A stretch of 64,000 bases of DNA. Source: a virus. Both the position numbers and the translations under genes were made by a program. Where the stretch lies: the IMG/VR virus record IMGVR_UViG_3300027917_000019, positions 32,001 through 96,000 of that record; one strand, given 5' to 3'. Every line of letters starts with the position of its first letter. Position 1 is the stretch's first letter. The notes under the pieces are model-generated. The model had not been told where the DNA came from. It saw only the letters and a list, made by a program, of their open reading frames with translations, and searched no databases. Positions 6,627-15,973 of this stretch are shown here, in pieces.

Positions 6627-6809
6627 ATGAAACTAACTGGTAGTAAGGCAATCTTTCGAGAGAAAGCTGGTGTGATCAGCGAAGGTCCCATATGGGTCTT
6701 TACCGACACTAAGGGTTGGCTATATCTACACGAGAGTTTCTTTGGACTGTTGTGGCAAGTACTAACTGAATGGCGACACGATCGCCACTTGGTTGGTTTT
6801 CTGCCTTGA
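6627..6809 (+). CDS. hypothetical protein
   Basis: 60 aa; ATG embedded in CCACCATG at the tRNA end. Confidence 0.6.
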   Translation: MKLTGSKAIFREKAGVISEGPIWVFTDTKGWLYLHESFFGLLWQVLTEWRHDRHLVGFLP

Positions 6810-6833
6810 CACACGTGAAATCGTAACTATACT
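6806..6833 (+). promoter_or_regulatory. sigma70-type promoter for Ro60 gene
   Basis: TTGACA-16-TATACT; SD AGGAG downstream. Confidence 0.7.
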
Positions 6834-6872
6834 GCACCCACTTGTCTCCCATGAAGGGAATAGGAGAATATC

Positions 6873-8483
6873 ATGGCAAATCAGCAGCTTTTCAGCAACA
6901 AGGGTAAGACCCCTAAGACCGATACCGTAAACCGTGCTGGCGGAAAGGCGTATGAGCTAGAGGCGAAGGCCGCTCTTGCGCAGTACGCTGCAACGGGAAT
7001 GTTGGGATCTACCTTCTACGCGAAGGCAGAGGACCATCTTGATGCTGTCTTGGAGCTTGCAAAGGCAGTTCCTCCGAAGTATCTTGCACAGGTGGCTGTG
7101 TACGCTCGCCGTACCGCTCACTTGAAGGATATGCCTGCACTGTTGCTTTCAGTGCTTGCAACTCGTGACACTGAACTTTTCAAGCAGGTTTTCCCGTTGG
7201 TTATCGACAACGGACGTATGGTGAGGAACTTCGTTCAGATCATGCGCTCTGGTGCCGTGGGTCGTACTTCTTTGGGCTCTGCTCCGAAGAAGGCTGTACA
7301 AACCTGGCTTCGCAACCAGTCTGATGAGTACATCTTCAAGGCATCTGTGGGTAATTCTCCGTCCCTTGCTGACGTGATTCGCCTTGTACACCCGCGTCCG
7401 AAGACGAAGTCTCGTGAGGCTCTTTATCGCTATCTTATTGGGCTTCCCATGAAGGGCTACAAGTCCAAGCTTCCGAAGATCGTCAAGGAATTTGAGAAGT
7501 TCAAGACTCAGAAGGCCGAGAAGCGCCAGATTCCTGACGTGCCTTTCCAGATGCTCACCGCTCTAGATCTTTCTGAGGCTGAGTGGTCTAAGATCGCTGA
7601 GAACGGTGCTTGGCAGTTTACGCGCATGAACCTCAACACGTTTGAGCGTCATGGTGTATTCAAGGACTCAAACATGGTGAAGATGATTGCCGATCGTCTT
7701 CAGGATGAGGGACTTGTACTGAAGTCTCGTAACTATCCTTACCAGATGTTTACGTCCTTCAAGGCTACTTCTTCCAAGATTCCTGCGAAGGTTCGTAACG
7801 CTTTGCAGACTGCTTTGGACCACTCTTTCAAGAACGTTCCCGACTACTCAACCATTCTTGACAAGCCGGACGTACATGTGCTTGTAGACGTGTCTGCGTC
7901 TATGGGTGGCCCGGTTTCTGGTCACGGGTACCACACCACTTCTGAGCAGGTAGCACACGTTGATGTGGGTGCTCTGTTCGCAGCGGCTATTCGCGTTCAG
8001 AACGACGAGGGTTTGGTTATTGCATTCAATAACCATGCTCAGGAAGTAGACCTAAACGCGCGTGACTCAATCATCACCAATGCAACAAAGGTTCGTGAGT
8101 GTCTCGGCGGTGGAACCGACTGCTCTGCTCCTCTGCGTTACTTGAATATCAAGAAGGCAACGGGGGATTTGGTGGTTATGATCAGTGACTATGAATCTTG
8201 GTACTCCGTTCAGTCAAAGCACCACAGCGGTCCTGGTTTCATGTCTGGGTCTACTGACATGATGCAGGAGTGGAAGAAGTACAAGAATCGCAACCCGAAG
8301 GCTGTTTTGGTTTGCATCGATACGATTCCTCAGTGCACGACTCAGGCTGTTGGAAAGGACGTACTACTTGTAGGCGGCTTCAACGACAAGGTCTTTGACG
8401 TAATCGCGACTTTCCTTGAGGCCGGTGGGGATGATACCCATTGGGTAAAGGAAATCGAGAAGACTTCTCTTAAGGTAAACTAA
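6873..8483 (+). CDS. Ro60/TROVE-domain RNA-binding protein (Rsr-like) with vWA domain
   Basis: N.AGG.AY, TFYA, YARR.AHLKDMPALL, FTRMNLNTFERHGV; vWA MIDAS DVSASM, GGGTDCS, ISDYESW, VGGFND.VF. Confidence 0.95.
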   Translation: MANQQLFSNKGKTPKTDTVNRAGGKAYELEAKAALAQYAATGMLGSTFYAKAEDHLDAVLELAKAVPPKYLAQVAVYARRTAHLKDMPALLLSVLATRDTELFKQVFPLVIDNGRMVRNFVQIMRSGAVGRTSLGSAPKKAVQTWLRNQSDEYIFKASVGNSPSLADVIRLVHPRPKTKSREALYRYLIGLPMKGYKSKLPKIVKEFEKFKTQKAEKRQIPDVPFQMLTALDLSEAEWSKIAENGAWQFTRMNLNTFERHGVFKDSNMVKMIADRLQDEGLVLKSRNYPYQMFTSFKATSSKIPAKVRNALQTALDHSFKNVPDYSTILDKPDVHVLVDVSASMGGPVSGHGYHTTSEQVAHVDVGALFAAAIRVQNDEGLVIAFNNHAQEVDLNARDSIITNATKVRECLGGGTDCSAPLRYLNIKKATGDLVVMISDYESWYSVQSKHHSGPGFMSGSTDMMQEWKKYKNRNPKAVLVCIDTIPQCTTQAVGKDVLLVGGFNDKVFDVIATFLEAGGDDTHWVKEIEKTSLKVN

Positions 8484-8519
8484 GAGGGGATGGTGACAGC
8501 CGGGAAAGACCGGCACTAA

Positions 8520-8595
8520 GCCTCAGTAGCTCAATGGCTAGAGCACCTGCCTTGTAAGCAGGGGGTTATGAGTTCGACTCTCATCTGAGGCTCCA
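8520..8595 (+). tRNA. tRNA-Thr(UGU)
   Basis: GCCTCAG/CTGAGGC-TCCA; loop CT-TGT-AA. Confidence 0.94.
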
Positions 8596-8660
8596 AAGCA
8601 CTCTAACTACTTGTGCTTTGACACTATACCTAAAGGTTACTTAATCGTTAAGTAAAGTGG

Positions 8661-8699
8661 ACCCCTGCTAGGCTATAAGCTTAGCGGGGGTTTTTATTT
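8661..8699 (+). terminator. intrinsic terminator closing the RNA island
   Basis: ACCCCTGCTAGGCT-ATA-AGCTTAGCGGGGGT followed by TTTTATTT. Confidence 0.8.
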
Positions 8700-8702
8700 A
8701 GG

Positions 8703-8731
8703 TTGCTACTATTGCCTATATTTGCTAAACT
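8703..8731 (+). promoter_or_regulatory. possible promoter
   Basis: TTGCTA-17-TAAACT with extended TG. Confidence 0.4.
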
Positions 8732-8737
8732 CACGGT

Positions 8738-9037
8738 GTGCTTACTGTGGCTTGGCCTAGTACGACAGACTGCAACGCTCAGGTCTGGAGGATTTTAGAC
8801 TTGAGCGGTATGACTAAAAGTGTGAGAGAATCCAAGAACTTTACCCGCGCAGGGTTTGTGTACTTGGATGGTGTGCGTGTATCTGGGTTTAAGACTACAG
8901 TTGCTACAGGTTCGTTGTTTGTCTTGGAAATTCGCTTTCCTAATGGTAAGATAGTATCTAGAGAAATTCGCTTGGTTACTTCAACGCCTCCGAGACAACA
9001 AAGAAACCCCAACCCTACCAACAACTACCGTGGCTGA
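8738..9037 (+). CDS. S4-like RNA-binding domain protein
   Basis: L.LSGMTKSVRESKNFTRAGFVYLDGVRV resembles the S4 motif. Confidence 0.6.
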   Translation: MLTVAWPSTTDCNAQVWRILDLSGMTKSVRESKNFTRAGFVYLDGVRVSGFKTTVATGSLFVLEIRFPNGKIVSREIRLVTSTPPRQQRNPNPTNNYRG

Positions 9038-9225
9038 TGTATAAACCACACGTTATATGCCCTTACTGTGGGACAACCATAGAAGCTAAGGTAAGTGGTA
9101 CTACCTTGGATGGCCTTGCACACGGCTATCAGCCGGCTTGTTCCTGTGCTGAAAGTCAGCGTGCGTGGGAACTAGAACATCGTGCGCGCATAGAAGCCCG
9201 TAAACGAGCTAAGAGAGGCAAATGA
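9037..9225 (+). CDS. small zinc-binding protein
   Basis: CPYCG...CSC. Confidence 0.65.
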   Translation: MYKPHVICPYCGTTIEAKVSGTTLDGLAHGYQPACSCAESQRAWELEHRARIEARKRAKRGK

Positions 9226-9758
9226 AAATAGGAAAGTATATAACTTACCTATGGACGTGGCCATTTGATGTTTTTGTATGGCTCGTGTGGGTGCTACCGT
9301 TTCGCGCGTTGTGGGGTGAGAACTTGCGTTGGGAGGAGGGGTCTCTTGTATTCAATCTTACTGAAGACAGTTGGCCGTCCAGAACGTGGTATAAGGATTG
9401 GCTGGGTACGTCTATTTGTCATGCAATAATGTACTCACACAACACACCACAGGATCAAATTCCACCACACAGAATAGTTGTACATGAGCAACACCATGTG
9501 AAGTGGTTTGAGGGGATAGTGCTTTCGGCACTAGTTTTGGCGCTTGTGGTTCTTGGTGTTCTAGGGGCAGCTGGTTTGTGGACCTACGCTCTTGTTTGTG
9601 GTTTTCTTATATATAGTTTGAGCTACCCACTACAGTTTCTAGGAAATTTCTTTGTGGCGTGGTTGCTTACTGGAAGACCATATCGTGACAGCTTTCATGA
9701 ACAAGCAGCCTATGCAGTAGACTTTAAGTACCAACGTACTGGAAAGAGGGACACATGA
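9222..9758 (+). CDS. membrane protein with HExxH metallopeptidase-like motif
   Basis: VHEQHHV, downstream FHEQAAY, several hydrophobic helices. Confidence 0.6.
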   Translation: MKIGKYITYLWTWPFDVFVWLVWVLPFRALWGENLRWEEGSLVFNLTEDSWPSRTWYKDWLGTSICHAIMYSHNTPQDQIPPHRIVVHEQHHVKWFEGIVLSALVLALVVLGVLGAAGLWTYALVCGFLIYSLSYPLQFLGNFFVAWLLTGRPYRDSFHEQAAYAVDFKYQRTGKRDT

Positions 9759-10441
9759 GATCAGTTTCAAAGAAGAGACCGTCAGTTAATCCTAGAGCGC
9801 TCCCGAAGGTTTCTAGAAGTCGTCGAAAGTACCAAGACTCTGTTGAGGTAGCAGGCAACCGTGAGCGCACTAACCAAGGCTATCGTATTGCGGGAACCAC
9901 TTGTGCTGATTATGAAACATTCTTTGAGTACGTCAGTGAAGGACAAGTTACGGATAAGGTTGTTAGTAAGGACAAAATTAGAACGTACCGAATAATGAGT
10001 GGGCAGGGTTTTGCTATTCTAGAGAAGAATGGTGTGCAGAAGTCCGTTGTTCTTGTTGCGGGGCAGGAACTTACTGTAGAAGCCGGTATTGCTCACCAAC
10101 TGATTACCACATCAACAAACGAGTTGGAGATTGTTGTAATCCAATCTTCTAAGTATGAAGACAGCATTACTGTTCTTGAGAAGTCTTCAACAACTGCTCA
10201 GCTGGCCGCAAAATTGATGAAGTCTACGTCTAACGAGGAGGCTGTTCAAAAGACAGTCAACTCAGTGCGTCGTAGTAGATCAAAGGCTGCAGAGCAACAA
10301 GCTCAACTTGCTGCAGAGCGTGGACGTCGTGCCCCGACGCCGCCTCCAGATGTTCAAACCGCTGCAGCAGCTGGAGACCCCACCTTTTCTGTGAATTTGC
10401 CTCCTTCATTTGGACGTGATCTAAGAGGAGCAGACGGCTGA
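9755..10441 (+). CDS. cupin-like domain protein
   Basis: YRIMSGQG...LVAGQELTVEAGIAHQL...LEIVVI. Confidence 0.6.
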   Translation: MRSVSKKRPSVNPRALPKVSRSRRKYQDSVEVAGNRERTNQGYRIAGTTCADYETFFEYVSEGQVTDKVVSKDKIRTYRIMSGQGFAILEKNGVQKSVVLVAGQELTVEAGIAHQLITTSTNELEIVVIQSSKYEDSITVLEKSSTTAQLAAKLMKSTSNEEAVQKTVNSVRRSRSKAAEQQAQLAAERGRRAPTPPPDVQTAAAAGDPTFSVNLPPSFGRDLRGADG

Positions 10442-10443
10442 TA

Positions 10444-13400
10444 ATGAACCGATTGTACATTTCCACAGATCTGGTCAAGGCAGTGGGTGCTCGCTACGGT
10501 AAGACTGTCCCTCCCAAGGGTGCTCCTACTGATGCACCCGCTGTTCCTAAGGCTCCTGCTCCAGGTGCCGGCCAGGAAGTGGATTACGTACAATCAGACA
10601 AGCCACCCCCCGGTAACCTCGGAAGGACTGAGGGAGGCTATTGGCGTGTTCCTAAGGGGGCGGTGAGTCCCAAGTCTGGAAAGGTTGAAGACGAGAAGGT
10701 CAAGCGAGAGGCTGCCAAGGAGGAGATGTCCAAGGACCCTCTGAAGACAGATGAGGACCCTCCCAAGGAGGCAGATGTTGAAGGCGCTGCAAAGATCCAG
10801 GAGCAGGCTACACAGCCTGACGTAGATCCTCTCAAGGAGGGTGCTCCTGAGGGAGAGGATGGCCCTGCTCAAATGCAGGCTATGATTACTAGGGACATGC
10901 GGCAGCAGCTTGCTGACCTTGGTCACGATAAAGACGCTGTGGGACGTATGACTCCACAAGAAGCAGCGGACCACATAGCCTCTGGAAAGACTGTAGGTAA
11001 GGAGCCTGGTGGGGGTGCTCCTACCATCGCAGAGCCTGATAAGCCTTTTCCTGGAAAGGAACCGCTAACCCTCAAGGACCCGCAGGCTACGTTTGCTACT
11101 ATGGACCCCGAGGCACATGCCAGCACAGACCCCATGGGGCATTATGTCCACGCTGGAATTGCAGAGAAGCTTGGAGACAAGAAGCTTGCACACTTCCATC
11201 GTGAACAGGCTCGCTCAAAGGTTGGAGCGGAGGAAGAAGATCCTAACCGCCGTGGTATTTACCACCACGAGTTGGCTACTAAGCTTCAAGCTGCTGGAAT
11301 GCACGAGGAAGCTGCACACCACAGAGATGCTGCGGCACGTGCAGTCGAGGCTCGCGTGGCTGCTGAAGCTGCTACCCAAAAAGACGCATCTAAGGTTACA
11401 GATGTTGAAGGAATAGCTTCTAAGCGTCAAGCTGAGAAAATGAGGCAAGAGGCTGAGCTTGGTGTTGCGGATACTATGCTGAAGCCCCCTGCTGAAGGTG
11501 CGCCTAAGGCAGCAGAGGCTAAGGCTGAGCCACCTAGTGGTGCTGAGCCCCCTGCTCCTAAAGGATCAGCTACAACGACACAACAAGACAAGGGGCAAAC
11601 TCAGCCTGGTGTTGATACGCTTAGACAACAACAAATGGCCGCTCAGAAGCGCGCTATTGAGGAATTCCATGAGGCAGGCCAGAAGCATGAAAAGGCTTCC
11701 GCTGACTATAAGAAGAAAGTTTCTGAGTATGAGGCTAAGCTCAAGGAACATGCGGATGCTAGAAAGGAGCACGCTGCTGACTTGAAGAAGGTTAGCCAGA
11801 AGCTGAAGGATGTTCGTGATAACAAGCCTGTAAAGGACGACAGTGAGCTTAACAAGTTGAAGAAGAAAATGAAGGCTGTTCGTATGGAGGCGGCTCGTCA
11901 TAAGGACGAGCTGTCTCCTCAGCATGAGAAGCATGCGAAGGCTATTGAGAAGGTTAAGCAGAGTATTGCTAGTCACCAAAAGAAGCTCAGCGCTGCTGAA
12001 AAGAAGTTGAAGGCCCACCAAAAGAAGAAGCTAGTTCGTGGTGAGATGTCAAAGGATGCTTTTGAAACTGCGTCTAAGAATCACCACGCGGCAGGTGTTA
12101 AACTACAAGATAAGTACGATAAGCTAAAGCAGAAGGGCGCAGATCTGTCTGCTCAACACAAGGTCATTAAGCAAGCCAGCGACTCTTACAAGGCAGACCA
12201 CAAGAAGCAGCAAGTTACCTATCGTGAGAAGCTTCGTAAGATGCAGGAGAAGCACGACAAGTTGAAGGAAACTATCGGCGCCAAGCACGCCAAGGCTGTA
12301 GAAGCACACAAGAAGAAGCTAAAGACCGCTCAAGCCGCTGTGGACAAGCATAAGGCTAAGAAGGATAAGCTCCCTGAGAAGCCCAAGAAGGTTTCAGGAA
12401 AGCCTCCGGAAGCTCCGGCTGGTAAGCCTAAGTCTGATGAAGAGAAGATGGCACACAGCGAGCACCAGGCAAGTGCTCGTAAGATGCGAGAGAATATCGA
12501 ATCTCACCTGCGGGATAACCCGGATCTGGACCCGGCTGCTAAGAGTAAGTTGATGAAGCTTCATGAGATGGCAGCACGGCATGAACATATCCAAAATGTT
12601 CCCACCTCAGACCAGAAGAAGGAGATGAGAGACTTGAGTTCTCGTGCTAAGGAGCACGGAGCCGATCGTCATCACTCAGAGGTCAAGGCTGAGCAGGATG
12701 CAAAGGCTGCTAAGGAGCAAGAAAAGGCTGACAAGCAGAAGGCTCGTGAAGATAAGGAATTCGCGCGCAAGCGTGCTGACGCTGAAAAGCGTGTACAAGC
12801 AGAGCATGCTAACACCCCCAGACCTCCTGAGAATGAGTTTGAACAGGCAGAGGTACTACAACACGCAGGAGCAGCCGAAACGGCTCTTGAAAATATACAG
12901 TCACATCTCGATGATGGAGATCTCGATGACGAGACTAGGGCTAACCTAGAAGAGATGGTTTCTAAGCTGGAAGAACATTCAAAGCTTGATACGGTTCCCA
13001 CAGAAGACCAAAAGGCAGAACTGAAGAAGATTCAGAGTCTTACAAAGCAACACGGTAGTAAGCACTTCCACGATACCGCTGAAGGCAAGCAGGCTGTTGC
13101 CGGGGCTGCTCCTATTAAGAAGGAGTCTGCACCTTCGCGTGTCGCGACGACTGGAAGGCGTGGTACTGGTTTGTCTAGCATCTATCGCAGGGCCTCTGCG
13201 TTTGGAAGTAAGATGGGAGCGGCAGCTGCATCCCCGTACGGCGGTGCCGGTTCGTTTGCAGACACTCTAGACTATGCCGGCCAAGGTGCAGCTACAGGCG
13301 GTCATTATCTCCTGAACAGTGGGAAGAAAAAGCCCACCAGTAAGCCAGTAGGAAAGCCTGCAGGAGATACAAAGGTGTCTCCTTCGGAAGAAAAAGACAT

Positions 13401-13494
13401 GGCCAGGTTGTCTAGTAAGCGTGCAAAGGCGAAAGACCAGTCCAAGACTCAGAAGAGTATAAACAGCAATCCTAGTCTTTGGGTAAGAAAGTAA
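10444..13494 (+). CDS. large K/A/H-rich coiled-coil protein, putative internal head protein
   Basis: 1016 aa; long coiled coil, duplicated ~85-aa domain, terminal LYI/LWV motifs. Confidence 0.8.
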   Translation: MNRLYISTDLVKAVGARYGKTVPPKGAPTDAPAVPKAPAPGAGQEVDYVQSDKPPPGNLGRTEGGYWRVPKGAVSPKSGKVEDEKVKREAAKEEMSKDPLKTDEDPPKEADVEGAAKIQEQATQPDVDPLKEGAPEGEDGPAQMQAMITRDMRQQLADLGHDKDAVGRMTPQEAADHIASGKTVGKEPGGGAPTIAEPDKPFPGKEPLTLKDPQATFATMDPEAHASTDPMGHYVHAGIAEKLGDKKLAHFHREQARSKVGAEEEDPNRRGIYHHELATKLQAAGMHEEAAHHRDAAARAVEARVAAEAATQKDASKVTDVEGIASKRQAEKMRQEAELGVADTMLKPPAEGAPKAAEAKAEPPSGAEPPAPKGSATTTQQDKGQTQPGVDTLRQQQMAAQKRAIEEFHEAGQKHEKASADYKKKVSEYEAKLKEHADARKEHAADLKKVSQKLKDVRDNKPVKDDSELNKLKKKMKAVRMEAARHKDELSPQHEKHAKAIEKVKQSIASHQKKLSAAEKKLKAHQKKKLVRGEMSKDAFETASKNHHAAGVKLQDKYDKLKQKGADLSAQHKVIKQASDSYKADHKKQQVTYREKLRKMQEKHDKLKETIGAKHAKAVEAHKKKLKTAQAAVDKHKAKKDKLPEKPKKVSGKPPEAPAGKPKSDEEKMAHSEHQASARKMRENIESHLRDNPDLDPAAKSKLMKLHEMAARHEHIQNVPTSDQKKEMRDLSSRAKEHGADRHHSEVKAEQDAKAAKEQEKADKQKAREDKEFARKRADAEKRVQAEHANTPRPPENEFEQAEVLQHAGAAETALENIQSHLDDGDLDDETRANLEEMVSKLEEHSKLDTVPTEDQKAELKKIQSLTKQHGSKHFHDTAEGKQAVAGAAPIKKESAPSRVATTGRRGTGLSSIYRRASAFGSKMGAAAASPYGGAGSFADTLDYAGQGAATGGHYLLNSGKKKPTSKPVGKPAGDTKVSPSEEKDMARLSSKRAKAKDQSKTQKSINSNPSLWVRK

Positions 13495-13497
13495 CCC

Positions 13498-14247
13498 ATG
13501 AAGCTATACATCGATTTGAATAAAGCAGTCAGTCAGACACCCAACACTGGGGTAGATACTCCGTTGGAAGACCAATCTGTTGAAGAGTATAAGACCTCCT
13601 TTGCTCGCCGCCCGGTAGGTGTAGCTGCTGGCGAAGAAAATGATCCTGATGATCCCAAGGTTGGTAAGCGTTGGAATCGCGCTTCTGACACTGAGGTATC
13701 CGAGCGTAAGGCTAGACAGAAGAAGCGTACAGCAGACGCAGCAGCGGAAGGGTTGATTAAGCCTCCAATTAAGAAGGCACAACCTTTTGATGGTGGGTTT
13801 ACAAGAGAAGAAGCTGAGCGTGCTGCCGACAGTTTGAAGGTTGATTTTAGTGAAGAGAAGTTTGGTCTTAGTGAATTTGTCGCAGGAATTAACGTAGAGC
13901 GCGAGCATGCTGACGTTAGTAAGGATGCTTCAACACTAGGTAAGATTACTCTTGCACACCTTCGTGAAACTCCAGACTACTACAAGAAACTCAAGCAAGT
14001 AGAGAAGAGTGTTGATATTCTAAAGAGTATTAACAACAAGCTTGCTACCGAAAAAGCTAGGCGAATGCCTAACATACGAGAGCAAGAGTTTTTGATGGAT
14101 GTCCTTGGGTATTCTCAGGAAGACATCACCAAGGGTGTTGCTGTCATTACCGGACGTAATAGGCGTTTGTTCAATAGGTGGTTGTGTGATAGACTAGCTA
14201 ATTCCACCTCTGACCTGCTAAAGTCCGTAGGAGCTGACATTGGCTAA
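13498..14247 (+). CDS. DUF5661-like head-associated protein
   Basis: EFVAGINVEREHAD...KITLAHLRETPDYYKKL. Confidence 0.7.
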   Translation: MKLYIDLNKAVSQTPNTGVDTPLEDQSVEEYKTSFARRPVGVAAGEENDPDDPKVGKRWNRASDTEVSERKARQKKRTADAAAEGLIKPPIKKAQPFDGGFTREEAERAADSLKVDFSEEKFGLSEFVAGINVEREHADVSKDASTLGKITLAHLRETPDYYKKLKQVEKSVDILKSINNKLATEKARRMPNIREQEFLMDVLGYSQEDITKGVAVITGRNRRLFNRWLCDRLANSTSDLLKSVGADIG

Positions 14248-15973
14248 CGACTACGAAAGTTGGAATGACCATATCAAGCAGTGGCGCGATGCAACTGCAA
14301 ACGTACCCGTATTGGTTCGTGAAGACATTCTGAAGGGGAAATATCGTCCTAGTAAGCCTACAGAGGGTATTCGTGCCCTCATGGAAGATCCGCTTTCCAT
14401 TCAATACTCTCTGGGGTATAAGGATCGCAAATATTCTCTTACGTACGATGTACTAAAGCAGACGGTCCAGAATCTAGCAATTTTGTCTGCAATCGTACAG
14501 ACGCGCACTCATCAGGTAGCTTCGTTTGCAGTACCGTTTAGATCTTCAAAGAGCCTTGGGTATGTTATCAAGCACAAGGATTCAACCAGAGAGACCACTA
14601 AGAGTGAGCGCCAGATGATCCAGGATATGGAGAAGTTCATCTATAATTGCGGCGCAGCAGAGCCAAATCCACACAACAAAGGCTTTGTAAGAGATGATTT
14701 TGAAACATTCCTGAAGAAGATTGTAAGAGACTCTCTTGTTTACGACCAGTGTTGTTTTGAAATTGTTCCAGACCGCTCTGGACAGCCATATGAGTTCATG
14801 GCTGTAGATGCCAGCACTATTAGGTTGGCTGCACAGAATCAGGTATTCGGTCCCAATAATACATGGTTTGACCGTCCACCTGTGGCAAATAACAAAGCCC
14901 GCCATACGAATCTCTCTAATCCGTACACTACCTTGCGTATGTATGGTAAGGATGCGCGAAAGAAGGCGGCGTTCGTACAGCTTATAAATGGGCAGATTGA
15001 GAACGTTTTCGCTAGAGATGAGCTTGCTTTTGGTGTGCGTAATCCACGTTCTGACATCTACATCCAAGGGTACGGATACGGTGAGATTGAGCAGCTGATT
15101 ACCATTATCACTGCACATCTGTATGCTGAAGAATACAACAGACGTTTCTTCATGCAGGGCAGCGCTCCCAAGGGTTTGTTGAATTTGAAGGGTGATGCTA
15201 TGACGCCGGACCAGCTTGAAGGTTTCCGACGTCAGTGGCGTGCTAATCTTGAAGGTGTTGAAAACGCTTGGCGCACTCCCATTCTTCAGGCCGAACAGGG
15301 TATTGATTGGATTAACCTCAACCCCACTAACCGTGAAATGGAATACGGGCAGTGGATGGAATATCTAATTAAGATTACTTGTGGAGTGTTTCTTATCGAC
15401 CCTGCTGAGTTGAACTTTGACCTTGCCGGAGGAGTTCAACAGACCCCCTTGTTTGAGTCCAGTTCTGAGTGGAAACTCAAGGCATCTCGTGACAGGGGTC
15501 TTCGTCCGCTTCTTCGCTTCATTGCGAAGATGATCAATGATAATATCATCGCAAAGATTGATGACCACTTTGTCTTTGATTTTGTAGGACTTGATGAGCT
15601 TACTGAGCAAGAAAAACACGAGCTTCGCAAGGAGCAGGTCGCTTCCTACATGACTCTTAATGAGATTCGTGATGCAGAAGATCTGCCGCGCGTGCTGGGT
15701 GGAGATATGATTCTCAACCCAACATATACTCAAGCACTTCAGGTCATGCAGCAGATGCAGCAGGCTGAGCAGGCACAACAAGGTCAAGAGCAGCCTGGAC
15801 AAGCACCACAGCAAGCTGCCCCTGCCGGTGGAGAAGAAGAGAGCGCTCCTGAGCCTTCTCCAGACTACTCCGACAACTTTACGAAGTCTTTGTCTAGAGA
15901 TAGGCCCATTCTGGAGATTTCTGTAGGGGAAGATTATGACGAGTGGCTAGAGGTATGGCGTGATGACTCGTAA
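14240..15973 (+). CDS. portal protein
   Basis: FLKKIVRDSLVYDQ, VDASTIR, GVRNPRSD..GYGYGEIE, RRFFMQGSAPKG, MEY..W..YLIK..CGVFLIDPAE (Twort/SPO1-like portal). Confidence 0.95.
   Translation: MANDYESWNDHIKQWRDATANVPVLVREDILKGKYRPSKPTEGIRALMEDPLSIQYSLGYKDRKYSLTYDVLKQTVQNLAILSAIVQTRTHQVASFAVPFRSSKSLGYVIKHKDSTRETTKSERQMIQDMEKFIYNCGAAEPNPHNKGFVRDDFETFLKKIVRDSLVYDQCCFEIVPDRSGQPYEFMAVDASTIRLAAQNQVFGPNNTWFDRPPVANNKARHTNLSNPYTTLRMYGKDARKKAAFVQLINGQIENVFARDELAFGVRNPRSDIYIQGYGYGEIEQLITIITAHLYAEEYNRRFFMQGSAPKGLLNLKGDAMTPDQLEGFRRQWRANLEGVENAWRTPILQAEQGIDWINLNPTNREMEYGQWMEYLIKITCGVFLIDPAELNFDLAGGVQQTPLFESSSEWKLKASRDRGLRPLLRFIAKMINDNIIAKIDDHFVFDFVGLDELTEQEKHELRKEQVASYMTLNEIRDAEDLPRVLGGDMILNPTYTQALQVMQQMQQAEQAQQGQEQPGQAPQQAAPAGGEEESAPEPSPDYSDNFTKSLSRDRPILEISVGEDYDEWLEVWRDDS

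Noticed and set aside
8738-14240. Terminase upstream of portal
   Set aside because: No Walker A/B or nuclease motifs; it is presumably elsewhere in the genome
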